Positions 50,449 through 59,384 of a stretch of 59,384 nucleotides of DNA are shown piece by piece (the stretch's first letter is position 1; every line of letters begins with the position of its first letter). Position numbers and translations under genes: made by a program. The notes beneath the pieces were generated by a model, which worked only from the letters and a program-made list of their open reading frames with translations, did no database searches and was not told the DNA's origin. Source of the stretch: Nannocystales bacterium (lineage in GTDB: Bacteria > Myxococcota_A > Polyangia > Nannocystales > Nannocystaceae); the NCBI GenBank assembly GCA_050633305.1, contig JBOEGF010000012.1, positions 1 through 59,384 of the forward strand, given 5' to 3'.

Positions 50449-50745
50449 TGCGTCGACCTAGTAGCACAACCTAGGGGGACGTTCCGGGCGCCTGGACGCA
50501 GGCCGGCAGCCGGTCCGATGGGGGGCCTGTGCCCAGGCCCGACGACTGGTGCGCGGGCGTTGCGTGCAAACCTGTTCGCAGTTGCCCAACCCGCAGCAGA
50601 TGCACTGGCAACCTGGTGGCATCCTTGGCATAGTCCGCCCGCGGTGCGAGAGCGCTGCGAACCCCCAAGAACAATGCGTGCGAGCAGGTGACGGCGTGAG
50701 GCCGGTCGCCGCGCCGCACATGCGCGAGTGAGATCCGGAGCAAAC

Positions 50746-51660
50746 ATGGTCACGTACATGGACGGAAAGTGGTTGGACGACGCAGACGCAACGGTCAGCG
50801 TGCGGTGTCGCGCTCTCAACTACGGCATGGGCTGCTTCGGCGGCGTTCGGGGCTATCTCGCCGACGACGGCGAAGAGGTGTTCGTCTTTCGTCTCGACGC
50901 CCACGTCCGACGACTCCAACACTCCGCCAAGATCCTGCACCTGCGCCTCCCGGGCGACGTGAATGAAGTCTCGCAGATCCACTTGGAACTGCTGCGCCGC
51001 AACGAGGTTCACCACGACGTCTACATGCGGCCGTTGCTGATTCACAACAGCAACGAACTCGCTCCCGTGCTCGACATCGACTCGAGCTCGTTCATCATCT
51101 TCTCGATGCCGCTCAAGCGGTACATCGACAAGGACGCGATCGACGTCTGCATCAGCTCTTGGCGTCGCGTTCGCGACAACGCGATTCCATCGCGGACCAA
51201 GCCGACGGGCGCGTACATCAACAGCGCGCTGGCCCGCCGTGAAGCCTTCGACAACGGGTTCGACGAAGCCATCTTCCTCACCGAGGACGGCAAGGTGTCC
51301 GAGGGAAGTGCCGAGCACATCTTCGTCATCCGCGACGGCACGCTGTTCAGCCCGCCGAGCACCGAGGACAACCTCGACGGCATCACACGCCGCACGCTCA
51401 TCGAGTTGGCGACCGAAGACCTGGGCCTGAAGTTCGCGGAACGGTCGATCGGGCGCAGTGAGCTGTACGTGGCCGACGAGATGTTCCTGTGTGGAACCGG
51501 CGCCCAGGTGACCCCGGTTCGCAGCGTGGACCGACGAACGTTGGGCAATGGCAACGGCGACGTTGGGCCGCACACCAAGAAGATTCAGCAGCACTTCCAA
51601 GACGTCGTGCACGGTCGCGTCGAGCATCGTCGCAGCTGGCTGACCCCAGTCTGGGGCTGA
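50746..51660 (+). CDS. ilvE: Branched-chain amino acid aminotransferase
   Basis: LNYGMGCF, FRLDAH, catalytic Lys in RTKPTGAY, EGSAEHIF, LDGITR, CGTGAQV. Confidence 0.92.
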   Translation: MVTYMDGKWLDDADATVSVRCRALNYGMGCFGGVRGYLADDGEEVFVFRLDAHVRRLQHSAKILHLRLPGDVNEVSQIHLELLRRNEVHHDVYMRPLLIHNSNELAPVLDIDSSSFIIFSMPLKRYIDKDAIDVCISSWRRVRDNAIPSRTKPTGAYINSALARREAFDNGFDEAIFLTEDGKVSEGSAEHIFVIRDGTLFSPPSTEDNLDGITRRTLIELATEDLGLKFAERSIGRSELYVADEMFLCGTGAQVTPVRSVDRRTLGNGNGDVGPHTKKIQQHFQDVVHGRVEHRRSWLTPVWG

Positions 51661-51667
51661 GCTCCGC

Positions 51668-54427
51668 GTGGCCGAGCCCTCGCCTCCTTCGGTCAGCCTG
51701 CACCCCATCGTTCGCGCACGGTGGGCCATCGTGGCCGTGTTCGTTGCGCTGTGTGCGTGGCTCGTCCCTGGGGTCTCTGCGCTGCAGCACGACGACGACG
51801 TGCTCGCGTTCCTGCCGCCAGACCACCCCGATGTGGTCACGTTCGGCGATGTCGCCGACCGGTTCGGCATGCTCGAGGTTGGGCTCGTCGGGCTGCGCAA
51901 CGGCGGTGACGACCTCCTCGTTCCCGTGACAACCGAGTCGGTTCGGACGCTCGGCGTCTCGGTCTCGGAGCTGCCCGGAGTGCGCCTCGTGCTGTCCTAC
52001 CCCGATCTCCCCGATCCTCGGGTGGAAGGGGAGACTCTGGTCGTCGAACCCCTGGTTCCCAAGGGGACCTCCGACGCCGCTCAGATCCGGACCCGGGTGT
52101 TGGGCAACCACAATGCGGTCGGCAACCTCGTCTCCGTGGACGGAACCGCGGCGGTGCTCCTGGTCTACCTGCTTCCCACCGACGACGCAGCGGCGCGAGC
52201 GGAAAACCTGCAAGGGATCCGAACGCTGGTCGAGGAACGATGGGAAGGCGAAGCTCACTTCGGAGGCGGTCCGTTCGCGGAGAGCACCGCGGCGCTTTCG
52301 AGTCGCGACGACATCGAGCGTCTGTCCCCTGTGGTCATCGGCGTACTGGTGCTGGCCTCAGCTCTGCTGTTGGGCAGCCTCAGTGGCGCCGCGATCAACC
52401 TCGTCGTGACCGCGCTCGGCGTCGGCCTCGTCGTAGGCGCGCACGGTCGGTTTGGCGAGCCTCTGACGATCGTCAGCAGTACGACGCCTGTGATGATGGT
52501 CGCCCTCGGCGGCGCCTTTGGCATGCACATCATCGCTGGGTTCCAGCGGCAGACGGGGACGTCGGTGGAGCGGGCATCGGCGACCGTTCGAGAGCTGCTT
52601 GTTCCGGTCGTACTCTCCGGGGTGACCACGGCCACCGCGTTCTTCGCGTTGTTGGCCATGCCGCAGGTCCCGATGCAGCGTTTCGGGGTGGTCGCTGGCG
52701 TGGGGGTGCTGCTCCTCCTCCTGCTGGCGTTGTTCGTTCTCCCGGCTTTGCTTGCGCTGCTGCCATCGCGGGCGCTGCCGACGAAGCTCGATCGACGCCG
52801 CGGGATGCCCTTTGTGCCCCCGCCGTGGGTCCTGGCGGGGTTGGGGGTCATAGGGCTGGCCTTGTGCGCCACGCTCGCGCCCGATCCCGACACTCGAAAC
52901 GTCTTCGACAAGGACAGCGAACCCGGGCGCGCGGATGCCTTTCTCGCGGAGAACTTCGGGGGGTCGCAGTTCGTCCAGGTCGCCATCGAAGGCGACCTTC
53001 AGGAGCCCGCGGTGCTGCGGTCGATTCGGGGGATCACAGAGTCTTTGGCGACGATGGATGGCATCGCCGAGGTCCGCAGCCTCCTCGATCCTGTCTCGAT
53101 GCTGACCGAGGGCTTCGGAGGTCGGTACGGCGTCCCGTCCACGCCTGGCCGGGCGCGGCGGGTGGTCAGCAACCTCGCCGACCAGGCGCCGATGGCCCAG
53201 CTGATGACCCCGGACCAGAAGGGCGCGATCGTCCACATCAAACTCGAACCCGCGTCCAGCGAGGAGATGCAGGCGACCACCGCCCGCATTCGTGCGGTGG
53301 TCGACGACGCCCGGTCTGGGATGGTCGGTGGTGAGGTCCGTGTCGCTCTTGCGAGCGTTCCCGAGGTGGCGGCCGCGCAGCGAGAGGTTGTCCGCGCGAG
53401 GGTGGAGCGACTGCTCGGCACGCCCTTCGACGACGCTAGCCTCACCAAGCTTCAGGCCGTGGACCCGGCGGATCCGGCACTCTCCAAGGAACTCGCAGCG
53501 ACGAGAGCCCGCGCGCTTGGAACCGACGAGGTCATCGAGCCCCTCGAGGCGTCGGAGTACGAGTCGGTGCCCTTGAAGGCGCTCGCCACGAAACGGGGCA
53601 AGGAACTCGAGGCGGTCTTGCACACGCACCTCCCCACGCTCGTTGCGTCGGATCCCGAGGGGGTCACGTTTGCCGCCGAGCAACTCGGGCAATGGGTCGA
53701 TGAGCTGCTCGAGCGGTACCGTGTCACCGCGGCATGTACATCCCTCGGCTTGGAGGGCGCCAACCCCCCTGTCGCGGACAAACAGGTCGACGCGATGGGC
53801 TTCGAGGTTGAGGACGCGCCTGCGCCGAAACCGGTTGGGCCGTGTGGCGAACTCCTGACCGTCCTCTCGGAACTCCAGGACACGGAGTGGACCGCCCCCG
53901 TGGACGCGCCAGCCGATGCTGTGGTGCGAAGTTTCCCCGTGTCGCTGGCCGTCACGGGGCAACCTGTGATCGGCCAGGCATTTGCCGAGTCGGTGCATGA
54001 AAGCCTGGGCACCTCCACCCTGGTGAGTCTCGGCGCGCTGGCGCTGACGCTGCTACTTGCGGGTCACATTCGGGCGCTCGTCCCCGCCGTCTGGACGCTG
54101 GCGATCACCGGTGGGGTGCTTGCGCTGCTCGGCCAACCGATCAGCATCGGGACCAGCATGGTGTCTTGCATCGCACTGGGGGCTGGGGTCGACTTCGCGA
54201 TTCACCTGGGCGTACGCGCACGGAGTGAGGGCGGGGATGGACAGGCGGCTGTGGACGCTCTCGGCGGCGTTGTGCTGATGACGGGCGTTCAGTTGGCGGC
54301 AGCGTTCTTGGTGCTGATGGCCTCTGGGATGCCCCCGCTGCGTGACTTCGGGCTCGGGCTGGCGATCGGACTGCTGGTGGCAGCGGCTGGGGCGGTCTGG
54401 CTGACGCCTCGACTGTTCCGTCGCTGA
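51668..54427 (+). CDS. MMPL/RND-family transporter
   Basis: AFLPPDHP, ALGGAFGMH, SGVTTATAF, FGGS, GAGVDFAIH, PPLRDFG. Confidence 0.88.
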   Translation: MAEPSPPSVSLHPIVRARWAIVAVFVALCAWLVPGVSALQHDDDVLAFLPPDHPDVVTFGDVADRFGMLEVGLVGLRNGGDDLLVPVTTESVRTLGVSVSELPGVRLVLSYPDLPDPRVEGETLVVEPLVPKGTSDAAQIRTRVLGNHNAVGNLVSVDGTAAVLLVYLLPTDDAAARAENLQGIRTLVEERWEGEAHFGGGPFAESTAALSSRDDIERLSPVVIGVLVLASALLLGSLSGAAINLVVTALGVGLVVGAHGRFGEPLTIVSSTTPVMMVALGGAFGMHIIAGFQRQTGTSVERASATVRELLVPVVLSGVTTATAFFALLAMPQVPMQRFGVVAGVGVLLLLLLALFVLPALLALLPSRALPTKLDRRRGMPFVPPPWVLAGLGVIGLALCATLAPDPDTRNVFDKDSEPGRADAFLAENFGGSQFVQVAIEGDLQEPAVLRSIRGITESLATMDGIAEVRSLLDPVSMLTEGFGGRYGVPSTPGRARRVVSNLADQAPMAQLMTPDQKGAIVHIKLEPASSEEMQATTARIRAVVDDARSGMVGGEVRVALASVPEVAAAQREVVRARVERLLGTPFDDASLTKLQAVDPADPALSKELAATRARALGTDEVIEPLEASEYESVPLKALATKRGKELEAVLHTHLPTLVASDPEGVTFAAEQLGQWVDELLERYRVTAACTSLGLEGANPPVADKQVDAMGFEVEDAPAPKPVGPCGELLTVLSELQDTEWTAPVDAPADAVVRSFPVSLAVTGQPVIGQAFAESVHESLGTSTLVSLGALALTLLLAGHIRALVPAVWTLAITGGVLALLGQPISIGTSMVSCIALGAGVDFAIHLGVRARSEGGDGQAAVDALGGVVLMTGVQLAAAFLVLMASGMPPLRDFGLGLAIGLLVAAAGAVWLTPRLFRR

Positions 54428-54586
54428 GATCGCTGTGCTCAGGATCACGGAAATGTCATTTTGTCTTGCGATATCATGCGGTTGAGTTAAAAACGCGTCT
54501 GCGGAAAGCAATATCTCCTCCGCGCGCGCGTCGAAGAACCGGCTTACGCGGGGCAACCGCCCCGGTACACTCTGGAGACCCCACCG

Positions 54587-55366
54587 ATGAAGAGAACCTT
54601 GTTCGCTGCCGCGCTCTGCCTCTCCTGTCTCGCGACTGGCTTCGTCGCTGGCCCTGCTGCTGCGGCTCCGCTGCCCGCGGCATCGATGGCTGCCGTTGAC
54701 GCGAACAAGATCCTCGCGGAGATCGACCGGCGCGCGAATGCCTTCAAGGACCAGCAGTACACCGCGTCCATGAAGATCATGAAGGGTGGGGAACTCAGCA
54801 AGACGCTCACCTTCGACTCGAAGATGCAGGGGCTGCAAAAGCAGTTCATCCACTTCACCGCGCCGGGTGACGTGGCGGGCATGAAGATCCTGATGCAGGA
54901 CGCGAAGACGCTGTACGTCTACCTGCCCGAGTTCAAGAAGGTGCGACGCGTGGCTGCCCACGCGATGGCCCAGGGCTTTCTCGGCGGTGAGTTCACGTAC
55001 CAGGACATGACCGAGGTCCTGCTGGCGGCGTTCTATGACGCCACCGTCGGCGGCCGCGATGGAACCCTGACGACGCTGAAGCTCACCCCCAAGGCGGGGA
55101 ACGAGACGGGCTGGTCTCGGATCGAGGTCGTCATCGACTCGACCAAGGGCGGCGTCACCAAGATGCGGTACTACGATGGCGCCGGAAACCACGTCCGGAC
55201 CCAGAGTCGTGAAGAGTGGAAGAAGGTGGGCGGCGAGCTGATGCCCACCAAGGTTTCGATGGCCAACCTGAAGACGGGCGACACGACCGTCATCGAGTTG
55301 ACCGACGTCCGGGTGAACGAAGGCGTCGATGACGGCCTGTTCTCCCGGCGGCAGTTGCTCCGCTGA
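54587..55366 (+). CDS. LolA-like outer-membrane lipoprotein-sorting protein
   Basis: Signal peptide; FTAPGDVAG..IL, YLPEFKKVRRV, FLGGEFTYQD, FSRRQL. Confidence 0.88.
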   Translation: MKRTLFAAALCLSCLATGFVAGPAAAAPLPAASMAAVDANKILAEIDRRANAFKDQQYTASMKIMKGGELSKTLTFDSKMQGLQKQFIHFTAPGDVAGMKILMQDAKTLYVYLPEFKKVRRVAAHAMAQGFLGGEFTYQDMTEVLLAAFYDATVGGRDGTLTTLKLTPKAGNETGWSRIEVVIDSTKGGVTKMRYYDGAGNHVRTQSREEWKKVGGELMPTKVSMANLKTGDTTVIELTDVRVNEGVDDGLFSRRQLLR

Positions 55367-55382
55367 GCACCCACGGGATTCT

Positions 55383-57251
55383 TTGAGCACGGCAGCCCTC
55401 TCTCTCCTCACCCGCCTTCTCCTCCCGACGGTCGCAGCGACGACGGGCGTGGCTGACGCTCCGGCTTCGGGCATCGACGCCGGGGATCAGCCGACGGATG
55501 CCTCGGCGGAGCCGCCGTCTGCGGAGCCGCCGTCTGCGGAAACACCGTCTGTGGGGGGGGATGCGGATGCCGACGCGCCGGCCCCCGCCGCTTCGCCCGA
55601 AGACGAACCCGAATCGGACGTCGCTCCCGCTGCCGCACCGGAAACACCCGAGAGCGAGACCCCCGTGGCCCCGGTGGACGTCGGTGCCGAGCCCGACGAC
55701 GGCGAGCTCTCGATGGACGACATCTTCGGGACGGACGCGACCCTCGAAGATGTCGAAGGCGCCCACACTCCAGCCGGCGACGGCCCTTCTGCGCCCGCCG
55801 CTGCGCCGACGCCGGAGCAGAGCCGTCGACAGAAGGACGCAAACGACGACCTCGATTTCAACTTCCGTGTCGTGACGTCCGCGTACTTCGACGTGGCGGG
55901 GGTGGAACAGCGAACGTTCAGCCGCAACGAGAACCGCCTCGAGTTCACCCTGCGGTACTCCCCGAACGAGCATATCCAGCTCGTCGGAAACGTGGAGCCG
56001 GTGTTCCTCGGCGTTGCCCAAGCCCAGTACCTCGACGACCTCGCGACGCGGCAGCTTCTCACCCCGTTTCATGTCGAATCCGATGCCGCCTATGTTGCGG
56101 TGTTTGACCTTCTGCCCAAGCTGGACCTGAAGATCGGTCGTCAGATCGTGCAATGGGGGACCGCCGATCGATTCAACCCCACCAACAACATCAACCCTGA
56201 CGACCTCGAAGATCGGCCGCTGTTCACCGAGCCCATCGCCAACCAGATGGTGGTGGTCGACTTCGCACCGCTGGACGACAAGCTGTGGTTCGAGGCGGTC
56301 TACGTGCCGCTGTTCTACCCGGCGTTGCTCCCACCCTCCGCCGCGGCAGGGCTCGAAGACCCACAGTCGCCCGTACCGTTTGCTCGGGAGTCCGACGTCG
56401 CGAAGATCGAAGAACTCCAGGCCACGTTGGACATCACGCCGAGCCTGGTCCCGACGGTAGTGGGCAGGGTGCGGATGCCCAAGCGTCGCTTCTCCGACGG
56501 CCAGAGCGCCATCAAGCTCGGGACATCGCTCGGTGGGGTCGACGCGTCGATCTCCTACTACAACGGTCGCCACGACATCCCGACCCCGCTGCGGGTGGAT
56601 TCCGAGACCAAGGATCCTCCGGAGGGACCGATCTCCGACGAGGAGTGCTGCTACCGCTCCGATGTCGTCTTGAACTACCCGCGCATGCAGGTGCTGGGGC
56701 TGGACTTCGCGACGCAGCTCCCGTTCCTCGGCGACATGGGGGTGTGGGGGGAGGGGGCCATGTTCTTCCCGACGGCGCAGGAGCTGTACATCGAGTTTCC
56801 GATCCCGGTCGACGTCACCCCTGACGACGACGTGCTCAACCCGGTGGACCAGCTTCGGGGCCCGGCGATCGACAGCCGGCCCTACATCAAGGCGACCGCA
56901 GGCTTCGACTACACGTTTGGCAAGCATGTCTACGTGCAGGCGCAGTACCTTCGGGGATTCATCGACGAGTTCGGGGCCGACCACATCGGCAACTACGTCG
57001 TCGGGGGCACCGAACTGGTGTTCTTCGGCCGCCACCTGCTCTTCCGTGCGTTCGGCGTTGTCGACTTTCCAACGGGGCCCGAGGACAACGGGTCGTACGT
57101 CATCTATCCCGAGCTCGTCGTTGTGCCGCCGTGGGGCAGCATTACGTTCGACATCGGCAGCTTCTTCCTGATCGGCGAAGACGACACGAAGTTCGGGCAA
57201 CCCGCGGCCGGGAGTTCGATCGTGTTCACCAAGGTCACCGGCGCGTTCTGA
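55383..57251 (+). CDS. Outer-membrane beta-barrel protein (DUF1302-like) with acidic/Pro-rich N-terminal linker
   Basis: KIGRQIVQWGTADRFNPTNNINP, GLDF, WGEGA, C-terminal KVTGAF. Start uncertain (TTG 55383). Confidence 0.78.
   Translation: MSTAALSLLTRLLLPTVAATTGVADAPASGIDAGDQPTDASAEPPSAEPPSAETPSVGGDADADAPAPAASPEDEPESDVAPAAAPETPESETPVAPVDVGAEPDDGELSMDDIFGTDATLEDVEGAHTPAGDGPSAPAAAPTPEQSRRQKDANDDLDFNFRVVTSAYFDVAGVEQRTFSRNENRLEFTLRYSPNEHIQLVGNVEPVFLGVAQAQYLDDLATRQLLTPFHVESDAAYVAVFDLLPKLDLKIGRQIVQWGTADRFNPTNNINPDDLEDRPLFTEPIANQMVVVDFAPLDDKLWFEAVYVPLFYPALLPPSAAAGLEDPQSPVPFARESDVAKIEELQATLDITPSLVPTVVGRVRMPKRRFSDGQSAIKLGTSLGGVDASISYYNGRHDIPTPLRVDSETKDPPEGPISDEECCYRSDVVLNYPRMQVLGLDFATQLPFLGDMGVWGEGAMFFPTAQELYIEFPIPVDVTPDDDVLNPVDQLRGPAIDSRPYIKATAGFDYTFGKHVYVQAQYLRGFIDEFGADHIGNYVVGGTELVFFGRHLLFRAFGVVDFPTGPEDNGSYVIYPELVVVPPWGSITFDIGSFFLIGEDDTKFGQPAAGSSIVFTKVTGAF
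55506..55550 (+). repeat. 15-bp tandem repeat x3 (AEPPS/AETPS)
   Basis: gcggagccgccgtct twice, then gcggaaacaccgtct. Confidence 0.85.
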
Positions 57252-57284
57252 GGCCCTTGGGCCCCGATGAGGTAGACTGGTCCC

Positions 57285-58664
57285 GTGACCGCCGACCGTA
57301 GCGCGACAGGCGGCCTACGGTCCGTCGTGCCGTGGGTCGTCCTGGGGGGCGGAGTGTTTGCAGGGGTGTCCCTGCTGCTGATCCTGACCACCGACGACCC
57401 CGCCAAGCCCGAGCGTGAGCCGGCCTTGGCGTCCGCGCCCCTGGATGTGGGCACGCCCGATGCCGCCGCGCTCGACCTTCCGCCGCGCTTCGACTCCGAA
57501 CCCGAGCCTGAGCCGCTCTCCCCATCGCCGACACCCGAATCCGGGGACGAGGTCGGAGGAGACCTCACCGGAGAGGATCTCGAGGACGAGCGGAAAGCGG
57601 TCGGGGAGGTTCCGCCCGGCGGGCTTCCCAAGGTGCCCGCGGTGGAAATCCCGGACGCCAAGGTCGACTACGTCGAGGGGAGCCGCGACTGGATCGTGCA
57701 CGCCGTGGTCGGGCGCGAGAGCATCGATCAGATCGCGTATCGCTACGGCGTCAAACCGAAGTCCCTGCGACTTTGGAACGGCATCAACGCGTCGGCGACT
57801 CGAGCCAAGCGTGGGTCGAGGCTACGGGTCAAAGCTCGGAAAATCCCGCCGGAGCGTGTCGAGCTGCAGTACGTCGTCCAGCCCGGCGACAGCTGGGCGC
57901 GGGTCGGTGTGCGATACGGCGTCGACTCCAACGAGCTGCGTGCTTTGAATTGGACCGAGGGGTCTCAGCTTCGCGTCGGTCAGATCCTACGGATGTGGGT
58001 CGACCCGGTCTTGTTTCATTGGGTGGCGACCGAGGACGACGACCCGACCAAGGTTCGCCCCGGTGCGGTGGGGGTCGGTCCGCCGCAGTCGGGCACGCTG
58101 GTCAACGGCGTGCAGCTGCCGAAGAACGACTTCTACCGGCTGCGACTGCCCCCGTCCTCGTACGGCACCACCTACGCGGTGGAGGCGGTCCTTCGCGGCA
58201 TCGTCCTGTTTGAGGCCCGCGCGGACTACGACCGGCCGCTGACGTTCGGCTCGATGAGTTGGCGCCATGGCGGCACATTGACGGGACACGTTTCGCATCA
58301 GAGTGGCCGCGACCTGGACATCGCCCTTCCTCTGCTCGAGAAGCACCCACAGGGGGTGCCGATCACCCCGGCGCGCGTCGATTGGGAAGTGACGTGGAAG
58401 CTCGTTACCGCGATGTTCGACACCAAAGACGTCGTGGTGGTGTTTCTCGACTACGACCTGCAGGAGCCGCTGTACAAGGCCGCCGCTCGGTTGGGGGCGA
58501 CCGCTGAGGAGCGGAAGCGATACCTCCAGTACCCCAGGGGCCCCAAGGCTCCGGGACTGCTACGGCACAGCCCCGGACACACCTCGCACGTCCACATCCG
58601 CTTTGCGTGTGGGCCGTACGAGATGGAGTGCGCCGACAACTCGCTCGGCACCGAAGCCGAGTAG
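57285..58664 (+). CDS. Membrane-anchored 2xLysM + MepA-like murein endopeptidase
   Basis: ESIDQIAYRYGV...WN and YVVQPGDSW...YGV...LN (LysM); GHVSHQSGRDLD and HTSHVHIRF (MepA Zn motifs). Confidence 0.88.
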   Translation: MTADRSATGGLRSVVPWVVLGGGVFAGVSLLLILTTDDPAKPEREPALASAPLDVGTPDAAALDLPPRFDSEPEPEPLSPSPTPESGDEVGGDLTGEDLEDERKAVGEVPPGGLPKVPAVEIPDAKVDYVEGSRDWIVHAVVGRESIDQIAYRYGVKPKSLRLWNGINASATRAKRGSRLRVKARKIPPERVELQYVVQPGDSWARVGVRYGVDSNELRALNWTEGSQLRVGQILRMWVDPVLFHWVATEDDDPTKVRPGAVGVGPPQSGTLVNGVQLPKNDFYRLRLPPSSYGTTYAVEAVLRGIVLFEARADYDRPLTFGSMSWRHGGTLTGHVSHQSGRDLDIALPLLEKHPQGVPITPARVDWEVTWKLVTAMFDTKDVVVVFLDYDLQEPLYKAAARLGATAEERKRYLQYPRGPKAPGLLRHSPGHTSHVHIRFACGPYEMECADNSLGTEAE

Positions 58665-58668
58665 GCGC

Positions 58669-59384
58669 TCAGGCTTCGAAGACGCTCGCGTCGCCGCCGA
58701 TGCTGCGAACGAGGATCGCCATGGACTGGCGCTGCATCGGGAGGAGCTCTTCGAGGTCCTCTCCGATCACCTTCGCGACCTCGAGTAGCGTCGCCCGCGT
58801 TTCTTCGGAGCCGTTCTGCGCCATCTCCATGAACGTCACCGTGCAGTCTTCGTCGCCCTCGCCGAAGGTGTTGACGATTCGAATCACGGCCATTTCCGCC
58901 TTGATGGGCGCGCGTTCGTAGAGTCCGGGAAGTCCTTGGAGCAGCGCCGAGAGGTACGCGTCATCCATGCCTTCGGCCAGGAAGAACACGCTCAAGAGCA
59001 CCCCGTACAGGTCGTCATCCTCCAGCACGCCCAACAGGAGCGGAAGGTCTTCGGGCGTCGAGATGCCTTCGAGGCGCTCGATCAGCGCGGCCGTTCCGGA
59101 CGGAAGCTCCTCTCCGGCGGGTGTTGCAGCCGCACTTGAGAGCGCGCTGAGGATCTCCTGAACGTCCGCTTCGCGGGACTTGGGCTCGCTGGCGACGGGG
59201 GCCTTGGCTGCGGGTTTCTTGGCCGGAGTCTTCTCGGTTGCGGTCTTCTTGGCTGCGGTCTTCTTGGCTGCGGGCTTCTTGGCTGCGGGCTTCTTGGCCG
59301 CAGTTTTCTTGGAAGCGGTCTTCTTGGAAGCGGTCTTCTTGGACGCGGTCTTCTTGGACGCGGTCTTCTTGGAAGCAGTCTTCT
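58669..59384 (-). CDS. Histone H1-like KKTA repeat protein with acidic Imm30-like C-terminal domain (5' partial)
   Basis: Frame of ORF 58669..59034 stays open to the window edge: (KKTAS)n KKTAAKKPAAKK...LLGVLEDDDLYGVLLSVFFLAE...YLSALLQGLPGLYERAP...IRIVN. Confidence 0.75.
   Translation of the reverse strand, partial: KTASKKTASKKTASKKTASKKTASKKTAAKKPAAKKPAAKKTAAKKTATEKTPAKKPAAKAPVASEPKSREADVQEILSALSSAAATPAGEELPSGTAALIERLEGISTPEDLPLLLGVLEDDDLYGVLLSVFFLAEGMDDAYLSALLQGLPGLYERAPIKAEMAVIRIVNTFGEGDEDCTVTFMEMAQNGSEETRATLLEVAKVIGEDLEELLPMQRQSMAILVRSIGGDASVFEA
59206..59384 (-). repeat. 15-bp degenerate tandem repeat encoding KK(T/P)A(S/A)
   Basis: About 12 units such as ggaagcggtcttctt / ggctgcggtcttctt on the + strand; runs off the window end. 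Confidence 0.92.

Noticed and set aside
50449..50745. Riboswitch, attenuator peptide (MHWQPGGILGIV...) or sigma54 site (TGGCAAC-N4-TGGCA) upstream of ilvE
   Set aside because: No recognisable aptamer core or terminator; few BCAA codons; poor -12 element.
50746..51660. FGG in place of FEG in IlvE as an inactivating change
   Set aside because: Catalytic Lys and PLP motifs intact; I recall FGG in other BCAT subgroups.
59206..59384. CRISPR or non-coding satellite
   Set aside because: Spacerless 15-bp units varying at codon positions; a coding repeat.

Overview
High-GC, densely coding window. Gene content (DUF4150 PAAR toxin, divergent ECF/Ser-Thr kinase pair, many Cys-rich lipoproteins, Myxococcus-type LexA box) suggests a myxobacterium, probably Nannocystaceae-like (inference). 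About 46 CDS are supportable; I saw no rRNA, tRNA, CRISPR array, transposase or integrase. Recognisable blocks: a PAAR-like toxin with a nuclease-type C-terminus and a candidate immunity gene; NTF2-GST fusion with divergent LysR; ECF plus kinase; gor; an anthraniloyl/salicylyl-CoA monooxygenase whose usual partner genes lie ~20 kb away; a GT4-MMPL-PHP/GT4 module; mutAB-meaB; NsrR-like Rrf2 and truncated haemoglobin flanking a haem-c lipoprotein; ilvE; MMPL + LolA-like + outer-membrane barrel; LysM-MepA; and a histone H1-like repeat protein with an Imm30-like C-terminus. The strongest non-obvious signals are non-coding. (1) A near-identical ECF-type promoter (ATGCAACC-N14-GGCGACWACC) precedes both glycosyltransferases flanking an MMPL exporter. 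(2) A 16/17 match to the Myxococcus LexA box precedes a small unknown wHTH-like gene. (3) About 15 genes have a TANNNT -10 hexamer only 6-11 nt before the start codon, implying widespread leaderless or near-leaderless mRNA. All family calls are by-eye motif recognition, not database searches.
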